A stretch of 64,000 nt of DNA from Phaeosaccion multiseriatum (taxonomy: Eukaryota; Protista; Ochrophyta, other classes). The notes below the pieces were generated by a model. It was not told the DNA's origin. It did no database searches and saw nothing but the letters and a program-made list of their open reading frames with translations. The position numbers and the translations under genes were made by a program. Shown here piece after piece: positions 1 to 18,950 of this stretch. Positions within the stretch are counted from its first letter, which is position 1; every line of letters starts with the position of its first letter. The stretch spans positions 372,001-436,000 of the forward strand of contig OZ218964.1 in assembly GCA_965112735.1 (NCBI GenBank), given 5' to 3'.

Positions 1-89
1 CACTGTGATAGCCGCTGCAGAAGTAGTAGCGGCAAGAGGCAGCGGAAAGGTAAGGAGCGGCAGAGCTCCAGCCCAACAAATATCTCGTA

Positions 90-251
90 ATGTATAGTAG
101 CCGAAGGGAGCAGCATGAGCAGCAGTATGAGCGGCAGCAACGACATCAGCATCAGTGGGAGTACGGACCTGCGGAGCCTCCCATAGGGGTGGCCAGGGTC
201 CGCCCTCTCGTGCAGAGTGACTCAGGGTACGACCAGTTGGACCAGCTTCAG

Positions 252-288
<37 letters not shown>

Positions 289-3062
289 TGAGGCTCTACC
301 ACCCGCAAGCGCCGAATGGATACCATTCCCAGCTTGGCCAGTACCAGCAAGAGGAGCCGCAACTGCAGGACAGAGCTCGCCCGTTCCAGGATCATGCGGT
401 ACCGCCAGCACAACCAGCGCCAAGGAAGCCCAGAGTCAAGGTTAGCCTGCGAGATCTGGACAGAGCGATGGATTCTTTGCACATTCCTATAAGCTCACGG
501 AGTCAGGCACGGGAAGCCTCGCCGCGAGGTGCAGGAGCCGGCGAGGGAGGAGGGCTGGGAAGGGCAAGCGGAGAGGAGGCGCAGCACCTCGCCTACGCCC
601 AGACGGGGCAGGTGCAAGCGCCACAGGGGTTCAAATCCAAGTACCGAGACTCGTTTGGCCCTATGGGAGAGAAAGTGAGTCCATCAGCGCAGGATGGCCA
701 GTATGCTGCGAATGGAGTCCAACACGGTGGGGGAGGACGTGGGCGTGCTGGCAGGATGCGGTATCCCCAAGGCAGTCCTTGTAGCAGCAGTAGCAGTAGC
801 AGCAGCAGAGGAGGGAGTCGGATCGATAGCTTCGTTGGTAGCGCCGCCAGGGGAGGGGGGCAGGGGCCTCCTCCTCCTGAGGCCATCAACACTCAAGTCC
901 GATATGCCCCCCACAGAGGGGATGCCCTGGATCGCCACATGGGAAGGAGGGCACGTGACCTTCCCAGGCAGAGCAGCAGTAGCAGTAGCAGCAGTACAGG
1001 CCATAGACTCGTCGCTGCGAGCAGCGTCCGGGTCACCAAATCTGCCGCCAACACCGGGAGTCGCGGAGTGGAGGAAGGAGGGGAGAGATCAGGCGGTGGA
1101 GCTCCAGGGACGAGGCGGCGACTAGGCGGGGGAGGGGGCAACTACGGTGCTGGTGCGGGGTCGTCCTACGCTGCCCAATACAGTGCCAGTAAGGCAAACG
1201 TTTCGCAGGAGGCCTATGCAGAAGAGGGGGGCATTGGCTTCACGAACTCGGCCTTTGGGGGCAGCAGCACTCGAGGCGTAGCGAGTCACTGCACTGCTTC
1301 GGTTGGTGCGAAGACAAAGAAGGGCAAGAGGAGACCACGGCCGGACGCCAATGGAGGAGGAGGAAAGAGTCCGGGTGGTAAGAGCACCAAGAGCAATGGC
1401 ACCCACTACGTTCAGAGCAGCCCAAATCGACACATGATGACATTCGGATCACCACATCAGCACAGCCCGGAGCTTCAGCAGAACGACAACGATTCGACCA
1501 TGTCTATATGGAAACCGGACCCCGAAGACCTCAAACCGGTGCGGACGAGGGACGAGGTGGGGGGGGGGGGCAGGAGCAAGTCTAGGGAGGGGCAGCAGCG
1601 ACAGCGCTCTTGAGCATTGGCCCCACCCTCTCTGAGTGTTCTGTCTTCCCCCCCCCTTCTCTCCACCTTCGCGTGTCTACTCTGTACATACCCTATCCCC
1701 GTAATTTATCTATTCTCTTCCTCACCGCCTCACTTCTACCGTCGCATCCGCATCCTCTACCTTCGCGCCATAACAACCTCACGACGCAGACAAAGGACGA
1801 CGTGAACGAGAAGCAAATACACAAGGAGTCGGACCTGCTGCTGTACAGCAAGAGAGCACGACCCACTGCCAAGGCATTCAAGCCCTGCACAATTAAGGTG
1901 GGTCCCTTGCTAGCATGGAGGTCGGCAGGCCCTGTCCTGTCTTCCTGGTGTTGGTGTTCCACCTACACCCGACCCCCTCCTCCTTCTTCTCCTCCCCCTC
2001 CTCCTTCGCAGGAGTATCGAGAAGAGAAGCCCCGGGAGTACATCCTCCTGGGCACGCTCCAGCCTGATCTGCAGACAGACGAGCTCGTCGCTATGGTAAG
2101 TGGTTGAAGAAAAGAGTTTAACCTCACTTCCTTTTCCTTCCTCTCCATCCCCCCCTCCCAATCTGGATTCCTCACCGACTGCCTTCCTTCCCTCCCCTCC
2201 CATCCCCCCTTCCTCCCCTCCTCCTCCCCTCCCCCCTCCCCTTGCCTCTCCTCCTTCTCCATGTGCCCGTGCTGTATCCTTGCAGAGGGCTAACGCCGAG
2301 CGCGTGAAGGAATTCTCCGAGAAGCTTCGCGTCATCAACCTCAAGATGAACAGCGTCGAAGGCCACGCCCCCGCCCTGCCGCGCCGCCCCGCCCCCTCCT
2401 GGATGTCGGGCAGGGGAGGCAAGGAAGGGCCGAGTAAGCACGCCAAAGCCATAGCCTTTGCCAACACGCACGTGCCGAGGCCGAGGCCGAGGCCACGGGT
2501 CAGCGCTGCGGGTGGGGGTGGGGGTGGGCGTGCGTCGAAGCAGCAGTTGGTGATACAGCAGCAGCAGCAGCAGCAGCAGCCTGTTCATGGCGCCCCGACC
2601 ACGCTGGTATCCTCGGCTTCCTCACCGTCTCCACCCACCTTCTCATCCTCCTCTGCTTCTCCTTTCCCCAAAGTCGACGCCTCGATGTCAAAGGAGGGCG
2701 TGCAGCAGCATGCATCATCGAACCAACCGTTACACACGCCCGAAGCCCCTCCTCGAGCTCGGCAGTCGAGGCGATGGCGTCAAGCACGGGAGGGAGAAGG
2801 AGGGGGGGGTGGGGGGGCGCTTCACAGGAAAGGGTTCGGCTTTTCGCCACGCGAGGGTGGTCGTGGAGCAGATGTAAGGCAAGAACCATCAGGCCGACTG
2901 CAAGGAGGTGGAGGAGGAGGAGATATTAGGTTGCTGCAGCAGGGAGGTAAGGCCGCGACACCAGAGTCGAGGCTCGCAGGGCTGGAGCGCCACCACGACG
3001 AGATGCGCAGGCAGGTGGAGGCCATGAAATTGGAATTTACCACTGCGGTAAGACGAGCCTAA
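90..3062 (+). CDS. JHY-like (juvenile hydrocephalus, ciliary) protein with long low-complexity N-terminus; exons 90-1556, 1790-1897, 2012-2095, 2286-3062
   Basis: GT-AG introns join the frames to give FKPCTIKEYREEKPREYILLGTLQPDLQTDELVAMRANAERVKEFSEKLRVIN, which resembles the JHY C-terminal motif (KPYTLKDY...LGGLGPD...KEY...V...N). The 3' end is uncertain because of a possible donor near 3048. Confidence 0.6.
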
Positions 3063-3288
3063 TCACTGTTGTATGCTAAGGAAGAGGAAGACAGGGAATG
3101 CTTACTACACGAACCCGACGTGACAAGACGATGAAACATACATTTGTTGATACTTGCCGTAAAAAAAAAAAAGTTGATACTTGCCCTCAAGACATGAATG
3201 GCATGGGCCGGAGAGAGCGACATGTACATATCTACAGCGGATAGTGCGTCACTCCCCCGACGCACTCCACGAGCTGCCATCTACCCAT

Positions 3289-8322
<5,034 letters not shown>

Positions 8323-8863
8323 GGGATCCCACCCTCTCTGCTCCTCTTCAGTGGAGCTGCTGCCGGGGAATCATCGCAGCTGTGGGATCAACATACTCTC
8401 GTCGACAGCTTCTATGTAGAGGGGGGAGTAGGAGGTCCCCACTGTCGCTGCTACGTGCCTCTTATTCGCTCTAAGAGCTCTGGGAGGCGATGATTGAAGA
8501 AGACTTTATGACTTGAGAGGGAAGAGGAGAGGCCTACAGTTGTAAGGTATTTGTGAATTCAATTACATATACCCAACGTGCGCACTTCAATCAACCCACC
8601 GCGGGTTTCGGCGGGTTCTCACAGGCGCAGTCACACTTACACCCCCTCGCCGAACACGTCGTCTCTCGCACCGGCCGCACCGGCTCCTCTACCACCAAGG
8701 GCCACGTCCTGACCCGACTCCGTCGGATCGTCAGCTGCAGTCACCAGATGTGGCTCTCGGAGCGTGAACGCGCCTTCCTGGGCCGGCTCAACCGCGGAGC
8801 AGGTCCTGCCCGCCCTCTCCCTGACCCAGAGGGGGAGTAACAGGCCCTCCCGCTGGCCCCAGG

Positions 8864-8896
<33 letters not shown>

Positions 8897-8897
8897 A

Positions 8898-8960
<63 letters not shown>

Positions 8961-9036
8961 ACACACACACACACACTCGCGCACACACTTCCAGTTTCAG
9001 TTTATAAGGTGATTCCTATTAAGTCAATGAATATAT

Positions 9037-10526
9037 TCACAGGTCGTACGGCGACGACTTGAGGGAGACCTTGCGCGAGAAGGGGGTGTCAAACAAGACG
9101 TGGCTCATACTGGCTCGACTGCCCGAGATGCTGCGAGGCCCGGCGCCTTGGCTAACCCCGCTCTCGCTCCTGGCCAGGCGGGCGGCACTGTCGCCCTCCT
9201 CCACCGCCTCCTTCATCTGCCGGAGCTCCGCCGCCCCGGCCATCATCCGCTGTAACATACCATCTCTCTCCATCCAATCTACGGCCTTGGACACTTCTAC
9301 GGTGTAGTCCTCATCCTCCTGCTCTGACTCCTGGGACCCCTGTGACCCTCGCGACTCACTCAGGCCGTTGGAGCCGCGGAACACTGAGATGAGGGGATGC
9401 TCTGTCCGGGCCCCGCGCTTGTACTCGCGTAGGAAGGCGTCGAGCAGCACTGCGATGACGATGTTGGTGACCACCAGGCCCGCCAGCATGTAGTAAGAAA
9501 TGAACCACCAACGCGTCCATTTGCTGCCCGTCACCAGCACGAACGCCTCCACGATGGCGTGCCAATTATTCTAACATGACGAGGGAGTCGAGAGATGGGG
9601 GACACACAGTGCGCTTGTCAGAGACAAAGGTCAGAGACAAAGGTCAGAGACAAAGGTCACGAAAGACGAGGGAGAGATAAGTGGAAGAGCCGCAGGAGTC
9701 GCTCCATCACCACGCCACGCATGTACGTGCCTCTGCTTTCTTATCTATAGCAACTGCAGCTTCCGGCCGCTCACGGCTCACCGCCCACCGCGCACCGCTC
9801 ACCGCCCACCGCTCACCGCTCACCATGCAGAGGAGAACAAAGAGTGACACAATGCCCGAAGTGTGGTCGTTAAAGTTGACAGGCCAGTAGTCACTCCCGT
9901 CGTAATCAGACCCCACGAGCGCCTCGTGCTTTGGGTCGGAGGGGTCGAGAGTGATGAGACCTCCAAACATGTCCACCCCCATCAGTGCATACACGTGCAT
10001 GACGAGGTACAGCAGCACGAGGAAGGTCGCGGCGTCGGGAACAACGCGCGCGAGCGTGCGGATGATGACCTGAGGAGGACGGGCGAGAGGCACCCGAGAG
10101 GAGGGAGGAACAGCGGTGCAGGCGAGCGGGAGGGATGAAGAGGGGGGTAATCAGAAGGAAGGAGAGGCGGGGAGGGCCACTGACTCATGCACCGCCTTCT
10201 TCATCTTTAAGCAACCCTATCACCCACCGCCTACGACAAGCAACCCTTCCATGGCCTGCCCCTCTCCACTGCTTGTCCAACTGCCCGAGCGAGCGACGCT
10301 TCACTGACTTAACCTCACTGACTTACGCTCACTGACTTACCCTCATGGTCGGTACTTGCACTATGAGACGAGCTAAACGAAGCATTCGAAGGATGAGGAA
10401 GTGGCGCACTTTGGTCCCGTCGTAGCTCGAGGACAGCAGCTGAGACACGCCCGAGAAGCAGCATGCCACCGTGATGGCCCCGTCAAATACGTTCTTGGGC
10501 CGCCTGGAGGGGTGTGTGTGTGTGTG

Positions 10527-10602
<76 letters not shown>

Positions 10603-13600
10603 TGTGTGTGCGTGTGTGTGTGTGTGCGTGTGTGTGTGTGAGTGAGTGTGTGTACATGTGCGTGCGTAAGTTTTGTGTGTGTATGTGTAAGTGTTTGGGA
10701 GGGTATGAGTGTGCGGTGTGTCGGGGTGAGTGATGGACAAAGCCTGAGAAGGGAGCATTGAGTCGGTCGGTCAGGGCGAACACAAAGACCCGCCAGCAGA
10801 GGGGGCCAGACAAAGGGCAAACAGAGGGCATACGGTATAGAGAGTATAGGGACAGTTTCGTACCGCACGTAGTTCTTCCATCCCAGCACGGCCATCTGAC
10901 AACCACGGGGCGGCGCGACGCAGAGCGATGGGTAGATGAAGGGCAAGCGAGTGGGGGGGGGGGGGGAGGGGGGGAACCGGGAGTGAGGCGGGGATATGGG
11001 GCAAGAGCAAGATCAAGGCAGAAACAACCGAGACGATAGCAGAGTAAAGCAACGCACTGAAGGTCGAGCAGTGCAGGCGGTGGCAGGAGGGACGCACATG
11101 AGGTGTTGGTGCTTTGGAACCACAGACTCACGCTCTCCCCTCGAGAGTGCTCTCACTCACCTTGAGCAGCATCTCAATGACATAGACGAAGCTGAACAGC
11201 GATTGCCAAGCCTCCACCCTCCGCAGCAGCTTGGAGTCGATGATGGCACCCGACAGTCGATCGGAGTTCTGCAGAAACACCACCACAGCGTTGAGGATGA
11301 GGCACACGTCGATGCCCCACTCGAAGTAGGGACTCAGCACGGCGGCCCGCACAGAGGCGAAGCACCGGTGGTGGTACACGTCGGGCAGCCACAGAGCCAT
11401 GAAGGTGGGCTCATGGCCCTTGACCTTGACGAAGCGCAGCAGGAGGAGGCTCAGCATGGCCGACAGAGTGTTCTCGTCGACATACTGCTGACCCTCCGGC
11501 ACCACCAGGCGCAGAATGTACATTTGCTCGTCCGTTATCTTGGACACGTGCACGTGAGAGTGGGCAACTTCGTTGTAGTGGTTGATGGTGTGTAGCAGTC
11601 TGTCGAGCATCTGCACAGACACGCCCTTGACATTGCCCTGCCTGCCCTGCTCGCTCTCCTGCGGCTGTGCTGCCCCTTCCCCTTCCGGCCACTGCTGCAG
11701 CTGCTCCTTGTCCTCCCCCCTATCCCTCTTCTTCTCCTCCTCCTCCTCCTCCTTCTCCTCCTGTTGCTGCTGCTGCTGCTGCTGCTGTCCACTACTTCCG
11801 ACTCCCTCCTGCCCCCCCCCCCCCTGGTCTCCTTCGTGCCCCCCCTCGTCACCATCCGCGTCTTGCAGCAGCATGAAGATGCGGGCCTCTGCCTCACTTC
11901 TCTTCTGCGCTTGGCTCTCCAGTCTTCGCTCATGCGATGTTTGGAATTTATCATACACGCTGGCCAACACAAGGTTGATCAAGCTGTGCGGGGTTCGAGG
12001 GGAGGGAGGGGAGGAGGGGAGGAGGGGGGGAGGTGCACATGAGCGGACAACAAATCGCTTGAGCAGCGGCAACGGAAAGCGAGGGGAGAAAAGGAACATT
12101 ACATCCCTCGTCCATGTTGTGTTTCCATGCGACGTACAAGAAAGTGGCGATGATCATGAAGAAGAGGAAGGGTGCGGCGCTTGCTCGCTGCTGCAAGTAC
12201 GCTGGCAGCATCACGTCCTGAGGCGGAGGGGTTGAGGCGTTAGCTCAGAAGGAGGAGGGGGGGGAGGGCGCACGGCGCTCACACACACACAGCTACACAC
12301 ACACACCCTCGATTCGCCTCCCCGTTCGACGAGAGGGCCTGCGAGAGAGAGGGCACCTCCGACCCCCTGGAAGCTACGGAAAAAGCTTAGCCTTAACTGG
12401 GAAATTTGCAGTAGTCATTCCGACCAAGAGATTCCAGGATCCGTCCACGAGGTTGGGAAAGTATTGTTCGCTCTCCTCGCCCGTGGTCAGCACCGTGCCG
12501 TACCAGCCGCAGAACAAGCTGAGGAGCCAGGGGGGGGGGGCAGTGGAGGCAGCAGCAGGCGGCAATCGAGGAGGCGGGGTCGGCGTGTGCTTGGTGCTGC
12601 GCGAGCCAGGGTCTTACCCGCGCGCAGAATAATTAGAGAGCACAAAGCACAACAAGGTTTTCCAAAGGAGCGCGCAGAGGGGAGAGGTGTGAAGAATCTT
12701 GTCCTCCGGCCCCACATGTGCCCCCCCCGGGGACGCTCCCGTTGGTGCAGGCCGGGCAAGCAAGGCTGCCCGCAACACTCACGCAACACAGCCCTCCGAC
12801 TCACATAAAGAGGCCCACCACAAAGGCGATGTTTACAAACTCTGGCATAATGGTCACCACGAGCCTGAGATAGAAGCGCAGCTCCCGGTTGTATAGAGAA
12901 GCGAAGCAGGGCCGCAGGTAGCGCCCCGCATGCCAATACGCCGGCCACACCAGCGATATCGCCAAGTCCAGCAGAGAGGGGCCGATGAAAGCTGCGTGCC
13001 GCCAGTAGCCGTAGGCAATGTACACAAGTAAGGCATCGAGGGTGAGGATGAGGAGGCCGAAACCTTCGATGACTGCCGACTCTCGAGGAGTGAGGTACCG
13101 TGCTCTCCAGTTCAACGTGCCCTCCGTCTGTGAGCCGGGGCATGTGCCTGTGATCTCCAGGCCGTCCAACACTTCTTGCTGCAGGCACCAGTGCGGAAGC
13201 TCGTACAAGCTCAACGCGATGAGCCCGACCACGACGACCCGAAACACGGGGAGCAGCAGTACGTGCGCGTCGTGACACTGCCGAGCGAGCTTTGAAGGGC
13301 CCGGCTTCTCTACTGTATGACCAGAGAGGCAATCTAGCACGAGCAGGGCGGCAAGGCGTACGCGGTCCTCTTCTTCCTCGCGTTTGTCCTGCTGTTTCTC
13401 AAACGCCGCTCCAGCCAAAGATGCTTGTGCTGCCATCTCGTCCGCATCTTGCTCCTCCTCATCTCCCACTAGCGATGCTTCCAAGTCGTCCTCGACGTCC
13501 TGCTGAAGCCCATATTGCATGCTACCCGGCGATCGCCTGCTCTTTCTTCTCTTGCCCTCGCCAGGGTTGTTTTCCTCGTCCAGCCTTCTCATCCCCTTGA

Positions 13601-13718
13601 GCAGCAAGGGCAGCTTCTCATCAGAACTCAGGTTCAGGTACCGGAGCTCTGCAAGCATGTCCTCCCGCTCCCCTTCTTCATCGAGGGCGTCATCCTCGCC
13701 CTCTTCTTGAGAAAGCAT
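9037..13718 (-). CDS. TPC: Two-pore channel, paralog 2; exons about 13718-12805, 12518-12398, 12217-12138, 11983-11161, 10896-10865, 10503-10341, 10069-9824, 9570-9037
   Basis: Same TPC hallmarks: MTTANFP|DVMLPAY, LINLVLASVY, LRMLRLARL, YWPVNFND, LCM|NNWH and DEKLPLLL. The first ATG is at 13718; the ORF track starts upstream at a TTG. Confidence 0.93.
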
Positions 13719-14063
13719 CGTGCCTGCTGGCAAGGGAACACGCTCTGACCACGAAAAAGTAAAGATTTCCAAATCGATCTTTGCTCTCTATCGTCTAAAG
13801 CCCCTCCGGTACAAATACAGAACCCTTGGGGGACAGAGTGAGCAGAGAAGTGGTCGCAGCAGTCGGTAGAAAAGGGACGAGCTGAGGAGAAGAGGGGGAG
13901 AGAAGAAGGGGAGAAAGGAAAGGTAATTGCTGATAGGGCAGTTGTGATTTTAGACCACCAACACGCGAAGATCCACAGCGCTCAGACCCCCCCCCCAATT
14001 GGGCGTTAAATTAGCGCCGTGTGAGAAGACAGAGGAACATGGTGGACGTCAAAAAGAAGCAAG

Positions 14064-17000
14064 ATGGTGGGGGTGTGGATGTTGGTGCTGCTCGTGCTCT
14101 GCTGGCAGGGGTTTGGAGTGGTGGACGGCTTGTGCAATGGGAACGCGGGGGGGGGGGAGGAGGTGGAAAGCTCTGCGTTGGAGCTGCTGTTTGGGGCTGG
14201 GGAAGGTCTCTCCGACCACACCATACAGACAGCCTTCAGCCCTCCCGGCTCGGGCATACCGGAGACGCACGTATTCATCCTCAACCAGCGCGGTCAGCTG
14301 GACGTGCGCAGCCAAGGAGCCGACGCGGCGACGGTGGACCGCAGGCTGCTCGACTGGACGGATGAGACTTTCTCCTGGCATGACAGGGGGATGAGCAGCT
14401 TCGCTTTCCATCCGAACTGGGGCACTGCTGGCAACTATTACATTTACATCCTCTACACGGGACAGCCGGACGGTGCGCCGTACCCCGATGACCAGTGTAC
14501 CACCTCCGGCCAGGGCGGTGACATGCGCTTATTCTGCCCCGCACCAGGTGTGCTTCATCGCTTCATCCTGGAGCCCATCACCAACGCGAGCGGCGACATT
14601 ACCGGGTACGAGGACGCGGTGCCCGACAAGGTTCTGCTGCGGGACTGGTGGGCCTCCTCCATGACCCACCACATGGGCACGGTGCTGTTCCTCAACGACG
14701 GTAGCCTCGTCGTGTCCTCAGGAGAGGGCTCGCAGGCCTTGGGGTCCATCGACGTGGGCCTCCCCTACGACCCAACCTACGTCGACGACGGCGCCCCCAA
14801 CCGCCCGCAGGGGGCCTTCCGCTCGCAGCGCATGGATTTCTTGAACGGCAAGGTGATTCGCGTGACCGCCGCGTACCTGGTGGCGGGCGGCGGCACTCAG
14901 ATGGTGGAGGGCACTGACTTCTTCATCATCGCAGTGGGGCTGCGCAATCCCTTCAAGATGACCCTGCAGCCCAGCACGGGGGACGTCTTCGTGGGTAAGT
15001 GTTGTGCTGCTTTCCTGTTCTTCTTCTCCTTCTTCGAGTAGCTATTCTCACTGCTGGTTGCACTCCAGTGTTTTTGGCGAGCTCAGACTCACCTTAACGT
15101 CCTCCTACCCCCCCTCTTCAATCAGGTGATGTGGGCTCGTCCGGTATCGAAGCACGTGAGGAGATCAACCGCATTCCCAACCCTGCGGGAAGCACCACTG
15201 TGCAGGCCAACTTTGGGTGGCCCTGCATGGAGGGAACCATCCCTCACCCGGGCTTCTCGAACTACATCACCACCGACGCCGCGTCCTCGCCAGAGAAGAC
15301 TGCCTGTGAGAGCATGTACAGTACCTCGGATCGGCTCGCCAGCTACAGGGATCCCGTTTACTCCTATCGCAATACCGCCAATGAGCCCTTTGACCCCGAG
15401 TTCCCAGGTGGGTAGGGTAGGCAGCACATAGAATTGAGAGAGTCAGAGGAGTTTTTGAATGCCTTTTGTGGTGGGACTGCAGCATCTTGTTGTTTCTGTC
15501 TGCAGCTCGCATCTCACCCACTCACTCCCTCCTCTGATGCTCTGCTGCTGCTGCTGCTGCTGCTGCTACTTCGTCACCACCGCAGATGCCTGCGAGCCCA
15601 ACGGCTCCACCGGGGAGGGCGCAATCACAGGCCTGTCCTTCTACCCCGAGGCGGGGACCCTCTCTTCCTTCCTGGGGGGCAAGCTCGTCTTCACAGACTA
15701 CGCCAAGCGCTGCTCCGTATACTTTGACAGCCTGCCCAACGGCAACCCGGACTTCGCCTCGAGGCACATTCTGCACACAGGAGAGCAATTCGTCGATGTC
15801 AAGAGCGCCCCGGACGGGCTCGTGTACTTTAGCGTCACCTCGGGCAGCAACCACGGCGTCATGGCCATGTCGCAGGTGTGGAAGTGTGTGATTCAGTGTG
15901 TGAGAGAGAGAGAGAGTGTGTGAGTGTGTTTGTGTGCTGATTGGGGATGAGGAGGACACGGTTTTTTTGTGAGTCTTCCCCGCCCCGCCCCCTTTCGAAA
16001 CGCCTTTGTGTAGGTGGGAGTCCTCCCCCCCGTTGCTGCCATCGAGTCGAGCGTGGTGCCTGCCAACGTGGAGGCCGGAGCCACCATCACCTTCGACGCC
16101 TCCTCCTCCATCACCTCCACCCCCTCGGACCCCATCGTGCGCTACGCCTTTGACTTCACGGGCGATGCTGTGAGCGACGTGCAGGGCGCCAGCGCCACGA
16201 GAAGCTTCACCTTCGACGAGCCGGGCCTCTACATTGTCTCGGTGACCGCCTTTACACAGAACGGGGGCGAGGACTGCGCAGACATTGGCGTGCTTGTGGG
16301 CGTGGAGACGAGTATTACCATGGACCCCCCTTCGGGACAGTGGGAGGCGGGCGACGAGATTGAGTACGTGCTCACCGTGACGGGCGCCGAGCTCGACCCG
16401 CAGGACGTGGTGTGGACCCAGAGGACTCGCCACTGCTCCTTCGACACGTGCCAAGGCACGGAGGCGTGCCACACCCACGAGGGTATTGTCAACGGCGCCC
16501 AGACAGGCTTCAGCGGCAGCTTCACTCCTCTGGCGCACGAGCTTCCCTCCTCCGTGGCGCTCACCGCCACCATCCGTGTCGAGGGCACCCTCGTGGAGAG
16601 AGAGTTTGAGACCACTGCGCGCACGTACGAGGTGGAGGTGAGCTCCACCCCCGTGATGGGCGCCTCCTTCCGCAACGGCGAGGCCGGAGAGGTGTGTGCC
16701 AGCAGCAACCCGCCCTGCACCGTCGACGTCATGGCCAACAACAACTTGGGGCTCTCTCCCGACAGTCTTCTCCAGGTGGGTTGATGCGCGTGCGAGGGAG
16801 GGGGGCTGGGGAAGAGAAAGTGGTGTGGGAGAAGCATTGTGCTCAGCACTTGACAGAGCAAGGCATTGAAAGAAAGCGCCCCCTGCTGATCTACTCCCCT
16901 CCTGTCCACTGCCATCCCCCTCCCTATCCACTGCCACCCGACAGGCGGACTCCGACCAAATCTACGCCTTCAGCCACTGGAGTGTGACTCCCGCTGGCGG

Positions 17001-18323
17001 CGCTACGACTCGGGCAGAGGCGAGCATCCTGAGCTCCGTGATCAACGCGCAGACCTCCGTGCGAGCGCACTTCGAGGCACTGGGCCCCACCCTGACCTCC
17101 GACATTGACGCCGTTACAGTGACTGGCGCACAGGAGGAGGGCTTCGAGCGCATCCGTGTGAGTTGGGGGGCTGTGGCAGGGGCTACCCACTACATCATCT
17201 ACCTCGAGACCACCACCGCCTTGGGCCATGCACACCTGCCGACCTCCTCCTACGCGAGGGCCACTGTGGTGCCCGCCTCTACTTTGACGGACACGGTGGT
17301 GGTGGTGCCCGACGGGGTGTTCGACATGGAGGTCCGCGTGCGAGGCTTCAACGCCGATGACCTCACACTGGGGCCTCTGTCAGAGCCAGAGACGGTGTCC
17401 GTCACGAGCAGCGACAACACGTGCGTGGCCACCGAGCCGGAGTGCGACTACGCTGCTGCACCCTGCACCACCGCCGTCAGTCCGTTCGATCGCTCCACCG
17501 GCCTGGGCGCCTTTTACGACTTGCTCTGCCTTGAATACCCCAACGCGCCCGGCTGCACCAACACCGGCCTCGACGCCGGCTGCCGCTTGTGCTACACTGA
17601 CCGCTGTGCGTGGAGCGATGCCAACGACGGAGTTAACCCCGGCAACGTGCCCGACTGCCCTCCCTGCGTGGCGGAGGCCTACGGTATGGCTTAGCCCACT
17701 GCCTCGTGCACCACCGGCGGCGACACTTGGGAGTCGCAGACCGGCGAGACGGGCCCCAGTCAGGCTTCAACGGAGGTGGGTGGTGTTGATGCTTGCTTTG
17801 TCGTGTGTCTTTATTAAGTGAGCACGTGCCGCCCTCCATCGCCCAGCTCTCAACCCGTGTCCCGCTTCCCCTCGCCTGCTCGACTTCTTCTCGCCTCTCC
17901 CCTCCCCAGGCACCAACCGCCGCACAGAGCGCACCTCCAACAGCAGCTGCTGAGGCGCCTTCTCCTGTAGCTGTGGAGACAGAAGCGCCGATAGATGATG
18001 AGGATACGCTAGCACCGGTAGCTGTGGAGACGGAACAACCGGTAGCTGATGGGGAGACAGAAGAACCGTTAGCTGCGGAGCCGGATGTGCCTGCATCACG
18101 CGACGATGACAGTGGTGGTGCTCTAGACCGAAGCGCCCCGGCCTCGGAGCGCAAGAGCGGCGTTATCCCTAGGAACAAGGTTGTGGTTATTGTCGCCGCA
18201 GCAACGCTTGGCGCTCTGTTGCTGCTGGGGTTGGGCGGGGGCGCGCGCTTGCTGTTGAAGGCCGACCATGTAGTCGCGGTGAGCCTCCCCCCACGACCCC
18301 GACCGAACGAGACTCTGAGTTAG
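14064..18323 (+). CDS. GSDH (PQQ-type glucose/sorbosone dehydrogenase beta-propeller)-PKD-Ig/FN3-Cys-rich-mucin-TM protein, copy A; in-frame TAG at 17692-17694; exons 14064-14994, 15126-15407, 15586-15875, 16014-16775, 16945-17775, 17910-18323
   Basis: Signal peptide; motifs DRGMSSFAFHPNW, HHMG, LNGKVIR, GLRNPF, GDVG...EEIN and NFGWPCMEG; PKD motif (ITFDASSS...YAFDF.GD...TFDEPGLYIVSVT); C-terminal hydrophobic helix VVVIVAAATLGALLLLGLG. Confidence 0.85.
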
Positions 18324-18469
18324 AGCACACATGACTCTCTGCGTTACATCCTCGTTTTTGTCATGTCGATACTCGAGTAAGTGATGTGCATTTAAGTCAG
18401 ATCCACAAGCTGGGATGGATGTAATTAGCAATGTGAGACTCAAGACGCCATTCGCACACTCACGCATCT

Positions 18470-18950
18470 AATCGCGCACCCACTCGTCGCTCACTCGCAT
18501 TCTTTTACTGAGCCCTCACTCATGCACTCCCTCCTGCACTGACTCACGCTCTCACTCGCTCAGTCACTCACTCAGCCACTCAGTCACTCACTCACTCACT
18601 CACTCACTCAATCACTCACTCACTAACTCACTCACTTACCGGCACTCTCACTAACTTACTCACATACTGACGCAATCACCATACACACTCGCATACTCAC
18701 GCGCCATGCACCCACTCACGCCACGCACTTACTCACTCACTGACTCACTCACTCACCCACCCCCTCACGCACTCCCTCATACACTCATTCACGCACACAC
18801 TCCCTCGCTCATTACACTCACTCACTCACTCACTCACTCACTCACTCACTCACTCTCACTCACTCACTCACTCACTCACTCACTCACTCACTCACTCACT
18901 CAACTCACTAACTCACTCACTCACTCACTCAGCACACACACTCAGCACCA
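18470..18950. repeat. Degenerate (ACTC)n microsatellite between the two GSDH genes
   Basis: Directly visible. Confidence 0.9.

Noticed and set aside
17692-17694. Genome-wide TAG-to-Gln reassignment
   Set aside because: TAG ends other genes here (TPC1, METTL23-like, fibrillin), and no other internal TAG was needed in any gene model.
17684-17909. GTATGG donor that would splice out the premature stop
   Set aside because: It is phase 1 while the 17909 acceptor needs phase 0, so splicing gives a frameshift and an early TGA.
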